Positions 27,176-39,187 of a stretch of DNA of 64,000 nt are shown here, in pieces. Where the stretch lies: contig NC_068985.1 in the NCBI RefSeq assembly GCF_001194135.2, forward strand, positions 127,349,675-127,413,674. The letters are read 5' to 3'. The position numbers were made by a program, and so were the translations under genes. Each line of letters starts with the position of its first letter. Position 1 is the first letter of the stretch. The notes beneath the pieces were generated by a model. It was not told the origin of the DNA. It was given only the letters and a program-made list of their open reading frames with translations, and made no database searches. Source of the DNA: Octopus bimaculoides (taxonomy: Eukaryota).

Positions 27176-28771
27176 TTAAACTGTTGAGGGTTTAGTTGTT
27201 ACAAGGACATCCAGCTGATAGTAACAATTACCACAACATTCTGGAGTAGTGACACATACCAAGCTGACTCTGGCTCACCACTCCTTTTCTACTTTGTAGC
27301 TAAAATGATCAAGCAAACTCTCCTCCCTCAATATGCAATACTTTCAGAGATGCTATCCTTGTTAAAGACAGACTGTCCATTTTGGACTACACAGCTGATA
27401 AGATCTTTTAAGAGGTTTATGCTTCTCTGATTTACTGCATTGTGTGCTGGGTCAGACTAGATTCAGGTCCAAGAATTATTTAAAAAATGGTTATTTGGGA
27501 GAGCTGAAACTTCTCATTTGCAATATCATCATATTCCAGCATTATTAATTTGTTATTGCTAGGTCTGTTAATGTGGAGGTGCATAGCTTAGTGGTTAAGG
27601 TGTTGGACTCATGAATGAAAGATTGTGGTTTCGATTCCTGGACCAGGCAATCCATTGTGTTCTGGAGCAAAACACTTCATTTCATGTTGCTCCAGTCCAC
27701 TCGGCTCGTAAAAATGAGTAATCCTGCAATGGACTGGCATCCTATCCAGTGGGGAATATATATATGCCAGGAAACTGGGAAACCGGCCCTATACTCCCTA
27801 CGGAGCAATGTGAACTAGCCACATAACCACAGGTCTGTTAATAATAATTTCTAAAACATACTTGGCAACAAATCTTTGGGAGAAAGTGCAATCATACTGA
27901 CTCTGATACTTATTTTATCCGCCCTGGAGCAAAGGAAGGTAAAGTTAACTTTAACAGGATTTAAATTTAATATGTAAATACACATATATAAATGCTGCAA
28001 GACAGTTTGTCAGACACTTTACTGATTCTACTAATGAAGGTTTAGCTATTATAAATCAGCATTTTAGAAGGAAAATGGCTGTGAGATTAAGTTCATGCAT
28101 TCTCAAACCTTACAAACAACACTGTTGTGTCCCTGAACAAGACCTATAACTCTCTTTATTATTCTAGTTTATTTGCTTCACATAAAACAAGAAAATAGAT
28201 TCCACTTCTTTATTGCTACAAAAGTCATGACATTCATGCAAGCATAGAAAAATGGAATGATAATAATCTGTAATTTAAGCACAAGGCCAGCAATTCTGAA
28301 GGGTTGGGGGTTGGTCAGTCGCTACCATCAACCGCAGTACTTGGCAGGTACTTTACTTTATTGACCCTGGAAAGATGAACAGCAAAGTTGACCTCAGCAG
28401 GATTTGAATTCAGAAATTCTATGAGATCAACTTTGCTTTTCATCCTTCCAAGCTTGATGGTACCAATCAAATACAGGGCTGATATAATCAACTTAATCCC
28501 ACTCCTAAATTTAGAAACATTATTGGAAGACAGTGAATTGGCCAAATTATTGGAGGATCAGACAAAATGTCCTGCAGTCTTTGTTCTGGTTCTTTATGTT
28601 CTAAATTCAAATCTCATCTAGGTCAGCTTTGTCTTTCATCATTCTATGGTTGATTTAGTTGATTAACCCCTTCTCCTAAATATCTAGGCATGTGTTGATG
28701 CTAGAAATGCTAATAATTCACTTTGATATTTTACTTCAGCCTGTTTTTTTTTTCTTTCTCTTTGTTTCCAG

Positions 28772-29072
28772 AATGTGGCTCCAGCACCAATGGGTCAGAT
28801 AGCCAATAGCCAAACTCTGGTCATCTCCAACCCAACGACCCTTGTGGGATCTTCTCCACTTGGAGTGACTGCAACTGTGGTCACCCCAACAATTGCTCAA
28901 ACTCCAGTCATGGCACCAAGCATTGCTCCACCAGTGTCGCCAAACATAACTCCATCCATTCCAACTCCTGTTGCTGCCCCTCCACCTGTACAGCCACCAA
29001 CAATAAACCAGCAGCCACCTCCATTAATGGGACAGATACGACCTCCTGTTGCAACAGTTGCACCTCCACCAT
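28772..29072 (+). CDS. CCAR1: CCAR1 coding exon 5, P/T/V/A-rich low-complexity region (NVAPAPMGQ...VATVAPPP)
   Basis: Long polypyrimidine tract plus ttccag acceptor, GTGAGT donor at 29073. 301 nt, phase 0 in, phase 1 out. Overlaps ORF 28775..29095. Confidence 0.88.
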
Positions 29073-30193
29073 GTGAGTGGCTTCATTCTTTGTAATCCTC
29101 ACCTTATTTATTTATTTTTTTTCTCTTTATATCAGATTAACCTCAACTATGATTTATTGTGTAAAAAGGTCATCGGCACAAGCATGGCTATGTGGTTAAG
29201 ATCTCTTCTCAACCACATGGTTTCAAGTACAGTCCCACTGGGCTGCACTTTGGGTAACCAACAGCTTGAGAGTAAATTTGGTAGACAAGAATTATACAAA
29301 GCTTGTGTGTGTGTGTATGTAAATATATGTGTGTGTCTGTGTTTGAGTGAACATTTGCATTCTGCACCTCACCTGAAGATGGTCTGAGTTATAAGGGATG
29401 ATGTCTGTTGACATTCCCTGTCAGCAGATCCTCTGCTAGCTCTGCTCTTTCAAAAACTGGTGGAAGGAAAAATTCTTTTCTTGCAAAACAAAGGTTGGTA
29501 GCAGAAAGGGAATCTGCCTGTAAAATAATGTCCTAATAATACATATTCACCTAACCCATGCTAGCATGGGAAAACAAATGTAAATTAAAATGAACATATA
29601 AATGATTTCTAAGGATCTAAGACTTCGTTAAATCTTCTGAGTATATTTGTTTCTCTTATAAACTATAGACTCCACAGTCAGCAACTATTATGTAAAAGAA
29701 AAAGAAGGCAGTGAGCTGGCAGAATCGTTAGCTCACTGAATGAACAAAATGCTTAGTGATGTTTCTCCTGTCACTACGTTGTGAGTTCAAATTCAGCCAA
29801 GGTCAACTTTTCAGGGTCGGTAAAATAAGTACAAGTTGAACACTGGGTGGGGTGGTTGATGTACATCCCCTCTCCCAAAATTGTTGCCCTTGTGGCAAAA
29901 TTTGAAGCCCTTATTTAAAGAAAAAGAAAAATAACAATTCAAGAGAATTTATGGATATCAATAAGTTTTAAGTTGCCATTAGGACTGGACAAATTCTGTA
30001 GGTTCAACTTAACCCTTTAGCATTTAAACTGGCCATATCCAACCAAAATATTCTACCTGTTTTATGTTCAAACCAGCCAGAACTGGCTTCTCACACCTAC
30101 CCTATTCATTTGAAAATAAGCAATCACATCATTGAAATCTCAAAGCTGCAAGATAATGCATGATTGATTCAAAACAATGTGAATAACTATTTC

Positions 30194-30238
<45 letters not shown>

Positions 30239-30499
30239 TTATCTAAAGGGTTAAGGCTGTTCAACAGAAGGATCAACTAGTAGCTAGTGGAAGTAAAGTT
30301 GTCCGTTGTTTGGGACAGGAACTGGATGAGAAGATAATCACAATGAATGAATGATCTAGAAAATAGGGTGTAAGAGAGAAGGGCTAAAACAGAAATGAGT
30401 GACATAAGGGGCTGAGTGTAGTATGAATTAAGTTGGGTGGTTTGTTTGAAAAGAGATGGGAGGAAGGTCATGTGATCAGGCTAGCAATATAGTAGGAGT

Positions 30500-31900
30500 T
30501 GACCAATGTTTGGCACACAGTTCACTGGAATGGATACAGAAACTGGAGTGGACTTCATTTATGCTTACTGGTTTGTTGGTTTACCTTGAGACACAAATTT
30601 CATGCTCAATGCTTTACCCCTGAGTTATATGTTTGTTCAGGCACCTCTGAGTTTCTTTTTCCATTGATACTCCATCCACACATCACCTCTATCTTTTACA
30701 AACCAACCATATTCCAGTGTGACCTCAAATTTTCTTCCTCTTATACAATTCATACTAAATTTTCATTCCCCCCCCCCTTTTTTTTTCAGTTGCTACATCT
30801 TCATTATTTCTGTTGCAAAAGCTCTGACTTCAAGAGTTAATCCTACTAGTTACTCAACATTTTTCTCACTTGTAAATTTTCCTCAATCTGTCAGAGGCCT
30901 ACCCCCCTCCCCTGACTATAAACTGAACCACCATCCTACCATCAGACACATTCCTTTTCACTCTGCTAGTCTGTCACTCTTCGTACCATCCTCCATAACT
31001 TCAGCCTTCTCTTCTCCATTCTTACTAGGTCACTATCTTCTCAGACTCTCTCTCTCTTTCAAATTTGACAGAAACTTTTGATGTAATATTCTAATCTATA
31101 GCTCCTTTATCTCCATTGCTCCCACCTGGAACCTCTACCTGCTTCCACATCCACTGCAATTCTTCTCCCTTCACCTGTAATACCACAGCTCTATCTGGTT
31201 CAGTGTCCAAATTTCTAAATACTTCTGTTTATTTGATTTACTGCATTGCATGCTATCATTGTAGTACTTTGTATATATAGGAAAGACCAGTTGATATCTG
31301 AATGATTGTTTTCAAGAATACCTACTGGATGTCTTCTATAACCTCTCTGGCTTCTTAAAACCCATGACTTACATTAGCTACCCTGGCCTCTCTATACAGC
31401 ACTACTGTCTTTGGTGTTTACCAATACCATGGTCCAAAAGCCGGTTGCCAACTCAATGAACAAAGTTAATTTTCTAAGAGATTTTGACCCCTACTACTGT
31501 GAACACTTGCCTCCAATTATTTCAGTTTATCCACCTTAATCCCCATCAAATACTGCCTTTCTTTGCCTTGCATACTTATCTGTTTTGGGTTTTTTTTATG
31601 TGTGGCTGCTTAGCCTTTCTCTCATCACCTCTCATACCAGCCATCTCTCTCTAAATTACTCATATCACACTTTGCTGTCCAGTCAGCCGCTCACATCTAT
31701 CACCAATCTTTTAGGTCTCCTCACAACTTCACATTCCACTCACTTCATTTACTGTAATTATCTACTTGACTACTTCCTGTGTCTACATTCAACTCTTTTT
31801 TCACTCTTTTTCCAGTTCCACCAGTCATTAGTTAATCATTCATTCAAAAGATCTCAGTCCAAAATTTCCAATACGTTCATTCCTCATAGTAACTAAACTT
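30500..31900 (+). mobile_element. Possible very old LINE (APE endonuclease-like) remnant
   Basis: Pyrimidine-rich strand bias and faint motifs (KPT..., VNPTSYS, PPSPDYKL resembling SPLGxSDHxL). Heavily decayed. Confidence 0.3.
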
Positions 31901-33680
31901 ATTGATACTCAAAAACTCTGTTGGTTTTACCAATTACATTGTTGCCAATATAGACTCTCAGCAGGTTCCTCGGATTCCATACTTTACCCTATTCTATAAA
32001 AAGCATGACTGCTTGCTTGAATAATAGTGCCACTCCTACTTAGCTAGTTTAGTGGCTACTGATAGGAAGAACATTTAAATGTATAAACAAATGATTCAAG
32101 TTGTTCACAAATATTCAAATTTATAAAGACCATCCCTTTTGTTCTATAAATGAGAAATGAACAGGAAATTTTGAAATTGTACTTGTCTAGCAATTGACAA
32201 GGTGCTTTTCTTGATGAGATTGAACGATGCATTTCCTGCATTTTTGGCAGACATGCTAAGAAAATTATTACTAAAAAAACGTACTTGAAAAAACAAGATA
32301 GAGACAAAATTATCAAGTGAGCCAACTCAGATATTTCCTTTTTACTCTGAGTGAAGACCCCTTAACCTTTTAGCATTCATATTACTATGTCAAATGTAAT
32401 TGTTTTGAATTAACCATGCATTAATTCTTTAGCATTTAAACCAGCCATATCTAGCCAAAATATTCTACCTGTTTTATGTTCAAACTGGCCAGATCTGGCC
32501 TCTTACACCTACCCTACAGTGTCATTTTAAAGATAAACAATTGCATCATTGAAATCTTGAAGCTACAAGATAATGCATGATTAATTCAAAACAATGAATA
32601 AATAAGCAATACATTTGACAGAATAAATCTCAATGCTAAAGGGTTGGTTATGTTGTTAACTTTGAGATTCCGATGGTGTGAACGGTTAGTTTTAGAATGA
32701 CTTTTTAGGATAGATGTGGGATGCTGGATCTGACCAGTTTGAACATAAAACAAGTAGAATATTTGAGTCGAATGTAGCTGGTTTAAATGAAGGGTTAATT
32801 GTAAGTTCTTTAGTTTAATTTGCTGCATGATGTTTCTCTCAAACCTTCTGGAAATGTTACTTGCAGTAAACTGTTAGCCTGCCCAGGACCCAGTTTGTCC
32901 CGCATCTTATTTTTGCTTAATGATACAGATCCTGGAGACAAACAATAATGCTTGTCCTAGGAACTTACACAGGAGTAAACAGATTAGTGTATTTGATAAT
33001 TAGAAATGTCTATTTTATGGTTGAGTGGCTTTCATAATTCTAACCACTGAACTGTGATGAAATACTGAGAACATTAAAAGCTATTAGGATATTATTACAA
33101 CTTTGTGTAAGAGCACTAAGAGCAATATTATTGGCAGTATTTGAAGCCAGATCTGTAATACTGGCTTTGCAAAAGTGTTTGTTTTTCTATTTATTTAAAC
33201 AATTGTTTCTGTTTAGTTTAAAATTTTTTTCTTATTGCAAACCAATTGTGTATAGTTTGTTGACTATGGGTGTGTCAATTTGTTTATTGGACATAATGAT
33301 TAAGTGGAAAATTGAATAATTGTCTTTTCTGTATTGGTGTGGCTTTATTAACATATAAAAACATAATGGACTCCTGCTAATTTGGTAATAATGTATATTT
33401 AAATATGTACACATAATATATGTATAGCTATATACACACATGCACCCTTTTTTTTCAATTAAGCACACTAATATATATATATATGAATTTTTATATGCCA
33501 AATAATGTAGACACATTCAGTAGCTATATGCTCACATATATGGGTGATAATGTTGGTATACATTTAAATATTCTTGACCATAAGCCAGCATGAGACCTAT
33601 GTGGTTGTTCAAACTGCAAGAAAAAGGAGCCATTTCTCCATCAAATCATATTCTGCCTTCTTCAATAAGGAAAGGACATA

Positions 33681-34881
33681 TCAGGTCATCCCATAAGTTC
33701 TGTCCGAATTTTGAATAAAGGAAACAAGTGATCAAATGTTATATTTAATTGAAATTTAATCATCAATGTACTTTCCTTGATTATCTATGACTTCCTGCCA
33801 TCTATTTGCAAGCTTTTTAATCCCATCAATGTAAAACTCTTTTGGTTTCAAAGCAAAGAACTCTGAAATGTCAGTTTCGACCTCCTCCTGGCTTGCAAAA
33901 GTTATGTCCCCCAAATGATTCTGTAAACTACGAAACAAATGGTAGTCTGAAGGAGCAAGGTCAGGAGAATAAGGTGGATGAGGAATTTTTTCCCAACCAA
34001 ACTCTTTGATCTTCTGTGATGTGATCTTTGCAGTGTGGGGTTGCGCATTGTCCTGATGAAACATCACTCCATTTCAATTCACTAAAGCGGGTTTTTTTNN
34101 NNNNNNNNNNNNNNNNNNNNNNNNNNNNNNNNNNNNNNNNNNNNNNNNNNNNNNNNNNNNNNNNNNNNNNNNNNNNNNNNNNNNNNNNNNNNNNNNNNNN
34201 NNNNNNNNNNNNNNNNNNNNNNNNNNNNNNNNNNNNNNNNNNNNNNNNNNNNNNNNNNNNNNNNNNNNNNNNNNNNNNNNNNNNNNNNNNNNNNNNNNNN
34301 NNNNNNNNNNNNNNNNNNNNNNNNNNNNNNNNNNNNNNNNNNNNNNNNNNNNNNNNNNNNNNNNNNNNNNNNNNNNNNNNNNNNNNNNNNNNNNNNNNNN
34401 NNNNNNNNNNNNNNNNNNNNNNNNNNNNNNNNNNNNNNNNNNNNNNNNNNNNNNNNNNNNNNNNNNNNNNNNNNNNNNNNNNNNNNNNNNNNNNNNNNNN
34501 NNNNNNNNNNNNNNNNNNNNNNNNNNNNNNNNNNNNNNNNNNNNNNNNNAATTTTGAAAACCATCTTCTGCAAGTTCTTTCATTCAAGCATTCTTTCCCA
34601 TAAACTGAGTGTATGTCTCGAGTCGCTTTGGCTGCAGAGTTTTCTTTTTTGTACTCATAAAGCATTATGTGCCTCAAATGCTCTTTGGATACTTCAATGC
34701 TAGAAAGGATTTTAATCAAAGAAATTTTAATTCTATTATTCTGTGAAATAATATTTAATTAGTTTAAATGTACCCAAATGCATAGAAATAATTTTTAATT
34801 CCATTAGACATTCTAAAATACTATTAAATTTCATTCAATTTTAAAGAGGTAAAATTGGACAGGACTTATGGAATGACCTGA
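33681..34881 (-). mobile_element. mariner-family (DD34D) DNA transposon, inactive, centre in N-gap
   Basis: TIRs TCAGGTCATCCCATAAGTTCTGTCCGAATTTT (33681-33712) and 34851-34881, with TA at the left. N-terminal HLRHIMLYEY...RTCRRWF. C-terminal HQDNAQPH...YSPDLAPSDYHLF has exactly 34 residues between the two Asp. In-frame TGA at 34074-34076. Confidence 0.95.
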
Positions 34882-35039
34882 TTGATAATGTAATTTCAGA
34901 TAAAGTCCTTAAAAAAAAAGATACTTGAAGCTGGAACACTTTTGATCATATCTGACCTAGGGCTGAATAATAGCAGTGTTTTGGACCACATATAGACAGT
35001 TTTAGTCGAGGAAGAAGGAACTGTGTCTGGCACCTTCAA

Positions 35040-36900
35040 AAGCCCTTGAAACTAATAAGATTGATGTGGTGATGTGCAGCTTGATCATTTGTACATCAGC
35101 AGGGCAAATGTGAGTGCAGACACAACTTTAGTGAATGTTCTGGAATAAAGGGTTTGGCAAAGTGTGATTAGTGCACGGTTTGAATGGAGGGATCATGCAA
35201 CTAGACAGCCTCTGAGGATCAGATGCTGTTGTAGCAGTGAGAGTAGAAAAGACAGTAAGGTGGAAACATATCTGCAGACTACAGGTTGTGAGTGTGCTGG
35301 TGAGTGAGTCCTTAACAATCAACCAGTTAGTGTGCATAGCAGTAGTGCAGTCCTAGATAAGGGAATAGTATTCCATTGTAAGTTTAGTTTGAGCTTGAGT
35401 CAGTGGCTGTTTAAAGCTGAAGTATTTCATAGCTCTAAAGAAAGATGCTGTTCTTATGTTATGAACTTGAGATTTATTTGGAGAGATCATATGTGAATGT
35501 GAGGTTCTGAACTTCTAGCAATTATGAGGCTTTTAATTTGCATGTTGTTTAAAACTTAAAGAGAGTAGGGTACAAGATTGTTTTCTTAGTATGTTCAGTT
35601 GTTGAAGTGCAAGATAGATTGTAGTGATCCCATTGGAGAATGATCGCATAATCTTGATTCATGGAAGCTCATCATCATCATCATCATCCTTTAGCATCCA
35701 CTTTCCATGCTGGCATGGATTGGATGGTCTGACCAGAGCTGGCAAACCAGAGAGATGCACCAGGTTCCAATCTGATTTGGATTGGTTTCTACAGCTGAAT
35801 GCCCTTCCTGATACCAACCACTTGACAGTGTGTGTGTGGGGTGCTATTAATGTGGCACCAGCACAAAGCTGCATTAAGTTTATCAACAGGTATCTCAGCA
35901 GCTTATATATGATGTCTATATGGGGGGAAATTAGGGATAGGAACAAGCGGTATCATCTTCATTGGAGTGAGAGTAGTTTGAGGTAACTGGAGATAAATCA
36001 TTAATGTACTAGAGGAAGGGTATGGATCAGAGAAACCTCATCATTACATATTGCAATGACACAATGTGAAGTTTCCAACTCAAGAGATGACAGGTGCTCA
36101 ACACATATAAATGCTTTACTGGTGTGTTGTGCAATGACATTGATTTTGCTGAAATTTCCAAGTATTTTCATCATTTTTCAGATTTTCAAAGTGAGAGCAT
36201 TAGACTGATTATAAATGGTGAAGGTCAGAGAGATTGGCCTTGGTTGGGACAGCACTAGTATATTTCCAAAGATCAGGATAGATATAGTGGCGACATCAGA
36301 TGGTATTTTGATGAACTGTTTAAGGGTGATGGAAGGAGCATTGTTGGGTCTGGTGACATAGTTACTTTGAAGTTAATGGAGCTGTTATCACACTTGGCAT
36401 ATATGTATACATTGTAATGAAGTTCATGTAGTTATTGAGTGTGTGCAATGTGAATAGGCTGATTTCTCTGCGGGAGTATTGCATGTGGAAACAAAACACT
36501 GAAATCCCTTTAGCAAGTGACCAAGAGAACCAGTTGCAATTTGAGAAGTATGAGAGCTTACTGGTGTGTGATGCACAAAGGTGTCTTTTGCAGAGAGCAC
36601 ACTTGCTTCATGAATGGTTGTCTTGCAGAAATTTAGGTAATGAATAAAAGCCACTTAGAAGAGGTGTGTGACTTCTTTTCCAAGTTTTATAAGCCAGAAT
36701 ATTTTGTTTACTGTAATACTGTTACATGTGAACTACATGGTGTTATGGTTTTTGATGATGTGAAAGGATATGCCTAAGAAGAGGTTTAGATCACTTGCTT
36801 GGCCTCGAAGCACATTTTCTGTTGAGGATAACTTGTCACTCCTCAACATGCTACAAATACTTGCACTAAATTGCTATATCCTCCTCCTAACTCTTCTGTA
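35040..36900 (-). mobile_element. Degenerate CR1/Jockey-group LINE, RT and 3' portion, interrupted by a SINE at about 35669-35861
   Basis: Minus-strand in-frame YINDLSPVTSNYSHSNEDDT (36008-35949) resembles the RT motif YINDL...HSYADD. A C-terminal-like TNH...FQN segment lies near 35140-35180. Boundaries are approximate. Confidence 0.6.
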
Positions 36901-37101
36901 ACTAATCCTTTGAACTAAAAAGTTGTATACCACCACCATCCAATTCATCTACCTTTTCTCTCATCATCCTGTCCTCAAAACTGAGCTTTCGTTACACTTA
37001 TCATCCTCACTGAAATTCAAGTCGGTCATCTACTCCATGAACTTTGCCAGTACTGCACGAAGGTCTGCAAAAATAGGAACTGGCTCTCTTCCTGAAATAT
37101 T

Positions 37102-37150
37102 ATAATAATAATAATGATAATAATAATGATGATAATAATAATAATAATAA
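37102..37150. repeat. (AAT)n microsatellite. (ATT)n tracts also at about 59690-59750, 60546-60600 and 61180-61232
   Basis: Read directly. Confidence 0.95.
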
Positions 37151-37472
37151 ACACTAACTTCATTCAAGCTCAATAAAATATGTATTAACTAATAAATTAT
37201 GTAACCTACTAAAATTGAGTTACTCAACCTTCTCTCTGACCAGTTTTATCCCTCATCAGAAACAGACCTGCTACTCTGCTGATAGGGAAAGGGTGTTAAA
37301 GGCAGTCAGAAAATTTGTTTCTTTTCTTTTTAGAAATATTTTCTCACAAAACATGAACTCCCTTTTCACTCTGTATTTTTAATTGTACAAACCACTAATG
37401 ATCTCTTTAAATTTTAATGATCTATTATTAATCTTTCCACTCTCTTTTTTTGTTTGTTTTTTAAACATTTAG

Positions 37473-37764
37473 CTCTAATTCAGCAGAGTGGTACAATACG
37501 GGTCCCTATGTCAGCTCGGCGTGGCACAATGGGAATGAGATTTGATCGTGATAGAGAGCGAGAACAAAGAGATAAAGACAGGGAGATGCGCGAGAGGGAA
37601 AGGCGAGAGCAGAGGCGGGACAAGTCATTGAACAAACGACCACGGTCTCCAAATAATCATCGTTCCCATTCACCATCTCAGAGAGCTCGCAGTCCAAAGA
37701 GGAGGCGGAACCCACGGGTTGTACCGCGATATGTTGTTCAGATACCAAAATTATCATTAGAAAC
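37473..37764 (+). CDS. CCAR1: CCAR1 coding exon 6, RE/RS-rich region ending RVVPRYVVQIPKLSLE
   Basis: catttag acceptor (the only nearby AG giving the required phase 1), GTAAGA donor at 37765, phase 2 out. Matches CCAR1 RRVVPRYTVQFSKFSLD. Confidence 0.92.
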
Positions 37765-38425
37765 GTAAGAACTGCTTGATGCATTTCTAAAAGATGTTTA
37801 TTTTGTCATTGAATAACTCTGCTCAGCTCTTCAGCTTATGTTACTGTAGTTGCCAATCAAAATTTATGATCCATGAGCTGAGCATGCTATATATTAAGTA
37901 CTGTGGAATCTTATTCAATTGCCTTTGGAATTGTGATCCCTCGTGTTTATATTATTGTTCTGCTTCTGAAAATTTGCATTAGTAGTGGATAAATTAATTC
38001 AAAACTTATTGATATTACTATGTTTCTACTTCATTTATTGTACTGTCATCATTTTATATTGTTGTTGAACATCATTGATCTGCTCAGCTTGAGCAAACCT
38101 ATCTGTCATGGTGATAAATAATCAACTGTTTGAGTAACATGTCTGGTGCAACATCAGACAATGTGTTTGTTTTGGTTATCTTTAGCATTTTTTGCCCTAC
38201 ATCTAAGTATTACATTTCAAGTAAGGGAATCTTTATGTGGTTTGCTCAAACAACTACAACTAGCAGCCACGTCCTTCTCAAACCACACCCCAGTTTTCAA
38301 AAGGAACACATTAAATAATGTTGTTTTGAAGTCTAGTGTTCATGAATAGACAGTATGGTCATGGCTGGAATGCCTTTGATCTTAGGTCTGCAGGATCAGA
38401 CTAGGAATTAGACAATATATACTAT

Positions 38426-38644
38426 CATTTTGTCACTTTATTTCTATTAAAATACACTACTTTTGGTTCAATTAATTTTGAAAATAACAGAAATTAGCAA
38501 AATAATTTTGTCGTTATTTTGCTAGTGTTTAGAACATAAACTAACATGGAATTTTGATAGAAGATTTTACTTTAGACCAGTTTTAAATGAGAAGTTTGTA
38601 TCGTAGAGCCAGGTGTAGTCTCAAATAGGTTGGTATCAAAAGGG
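38426..38644. mobile_element. Second TTAA MITE family (H). Degenerate relatives near 6010-6290 and 17640-17740
   Basis: Ends GGTATCAAAAGGG-TTAA. The left part resembles 26221-26290 of the piggyBac remnant. Confidence 0.6.
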
Positions 38645-38946
38645 TTAATCCTTTAGTTATGCTAATTTATGTTTGAGCTTATCACCTATATATCTTTGGG
38701 GAAAAAATGTTATCAAATTTGTTATTTTTCATAATTTTTGAAAATGGCATGATAAGCAGAACTGCTTATTGATACCATCCATCTCAGCATACTTTCAGCA
38801 TATTGCTGGCTGATGACCCCTGTACTTAAGAGATTGAATATATAGTATTTATTTTCCAGAATGATTGTTATGTTGTACCATTAAAATGTTTAGCTTGTTT
38901 CATCATCCATCTACTAATAGTAATGTATTTTTCTTTGTCTTTGTAG

Positions 38947-39187
38947 GAAAGAAGCTAATGTCATGGTCCTCAAATCCCGTTATAGTAACCTCTACATCCC
39001 TAGTGACTTTTTCCAAGCAAATTTCACATGGACTTCAGCTTTTCCTTTGTATCGTCCATTCCAGCTGGGCACTGATTGTGCTTTTCATGTGATGCCTAAA
39101 GACACTGAGCCTGTCAGTCTTAATGGCACCGAGTGTAGCGCACCAGCACTGGAACCTTCTGATGCTGACCATTTATACAGTGCAAAA
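38947..39187 (+). CDS. CCAR1: CCAR1 coding exon 7 (KEANVMVLKSRYSNLYIPSDFF...DADHLYSAK)
   Basis: ctttgtag acceptor, GTAAAA donor at 39188. Phase 2 in, phase 0 out. The motifs NLYIPSDFF, AFPLxRPFQLG and DADHLYSAK are CCAR1-diagnostic. Confidence 0.96.
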
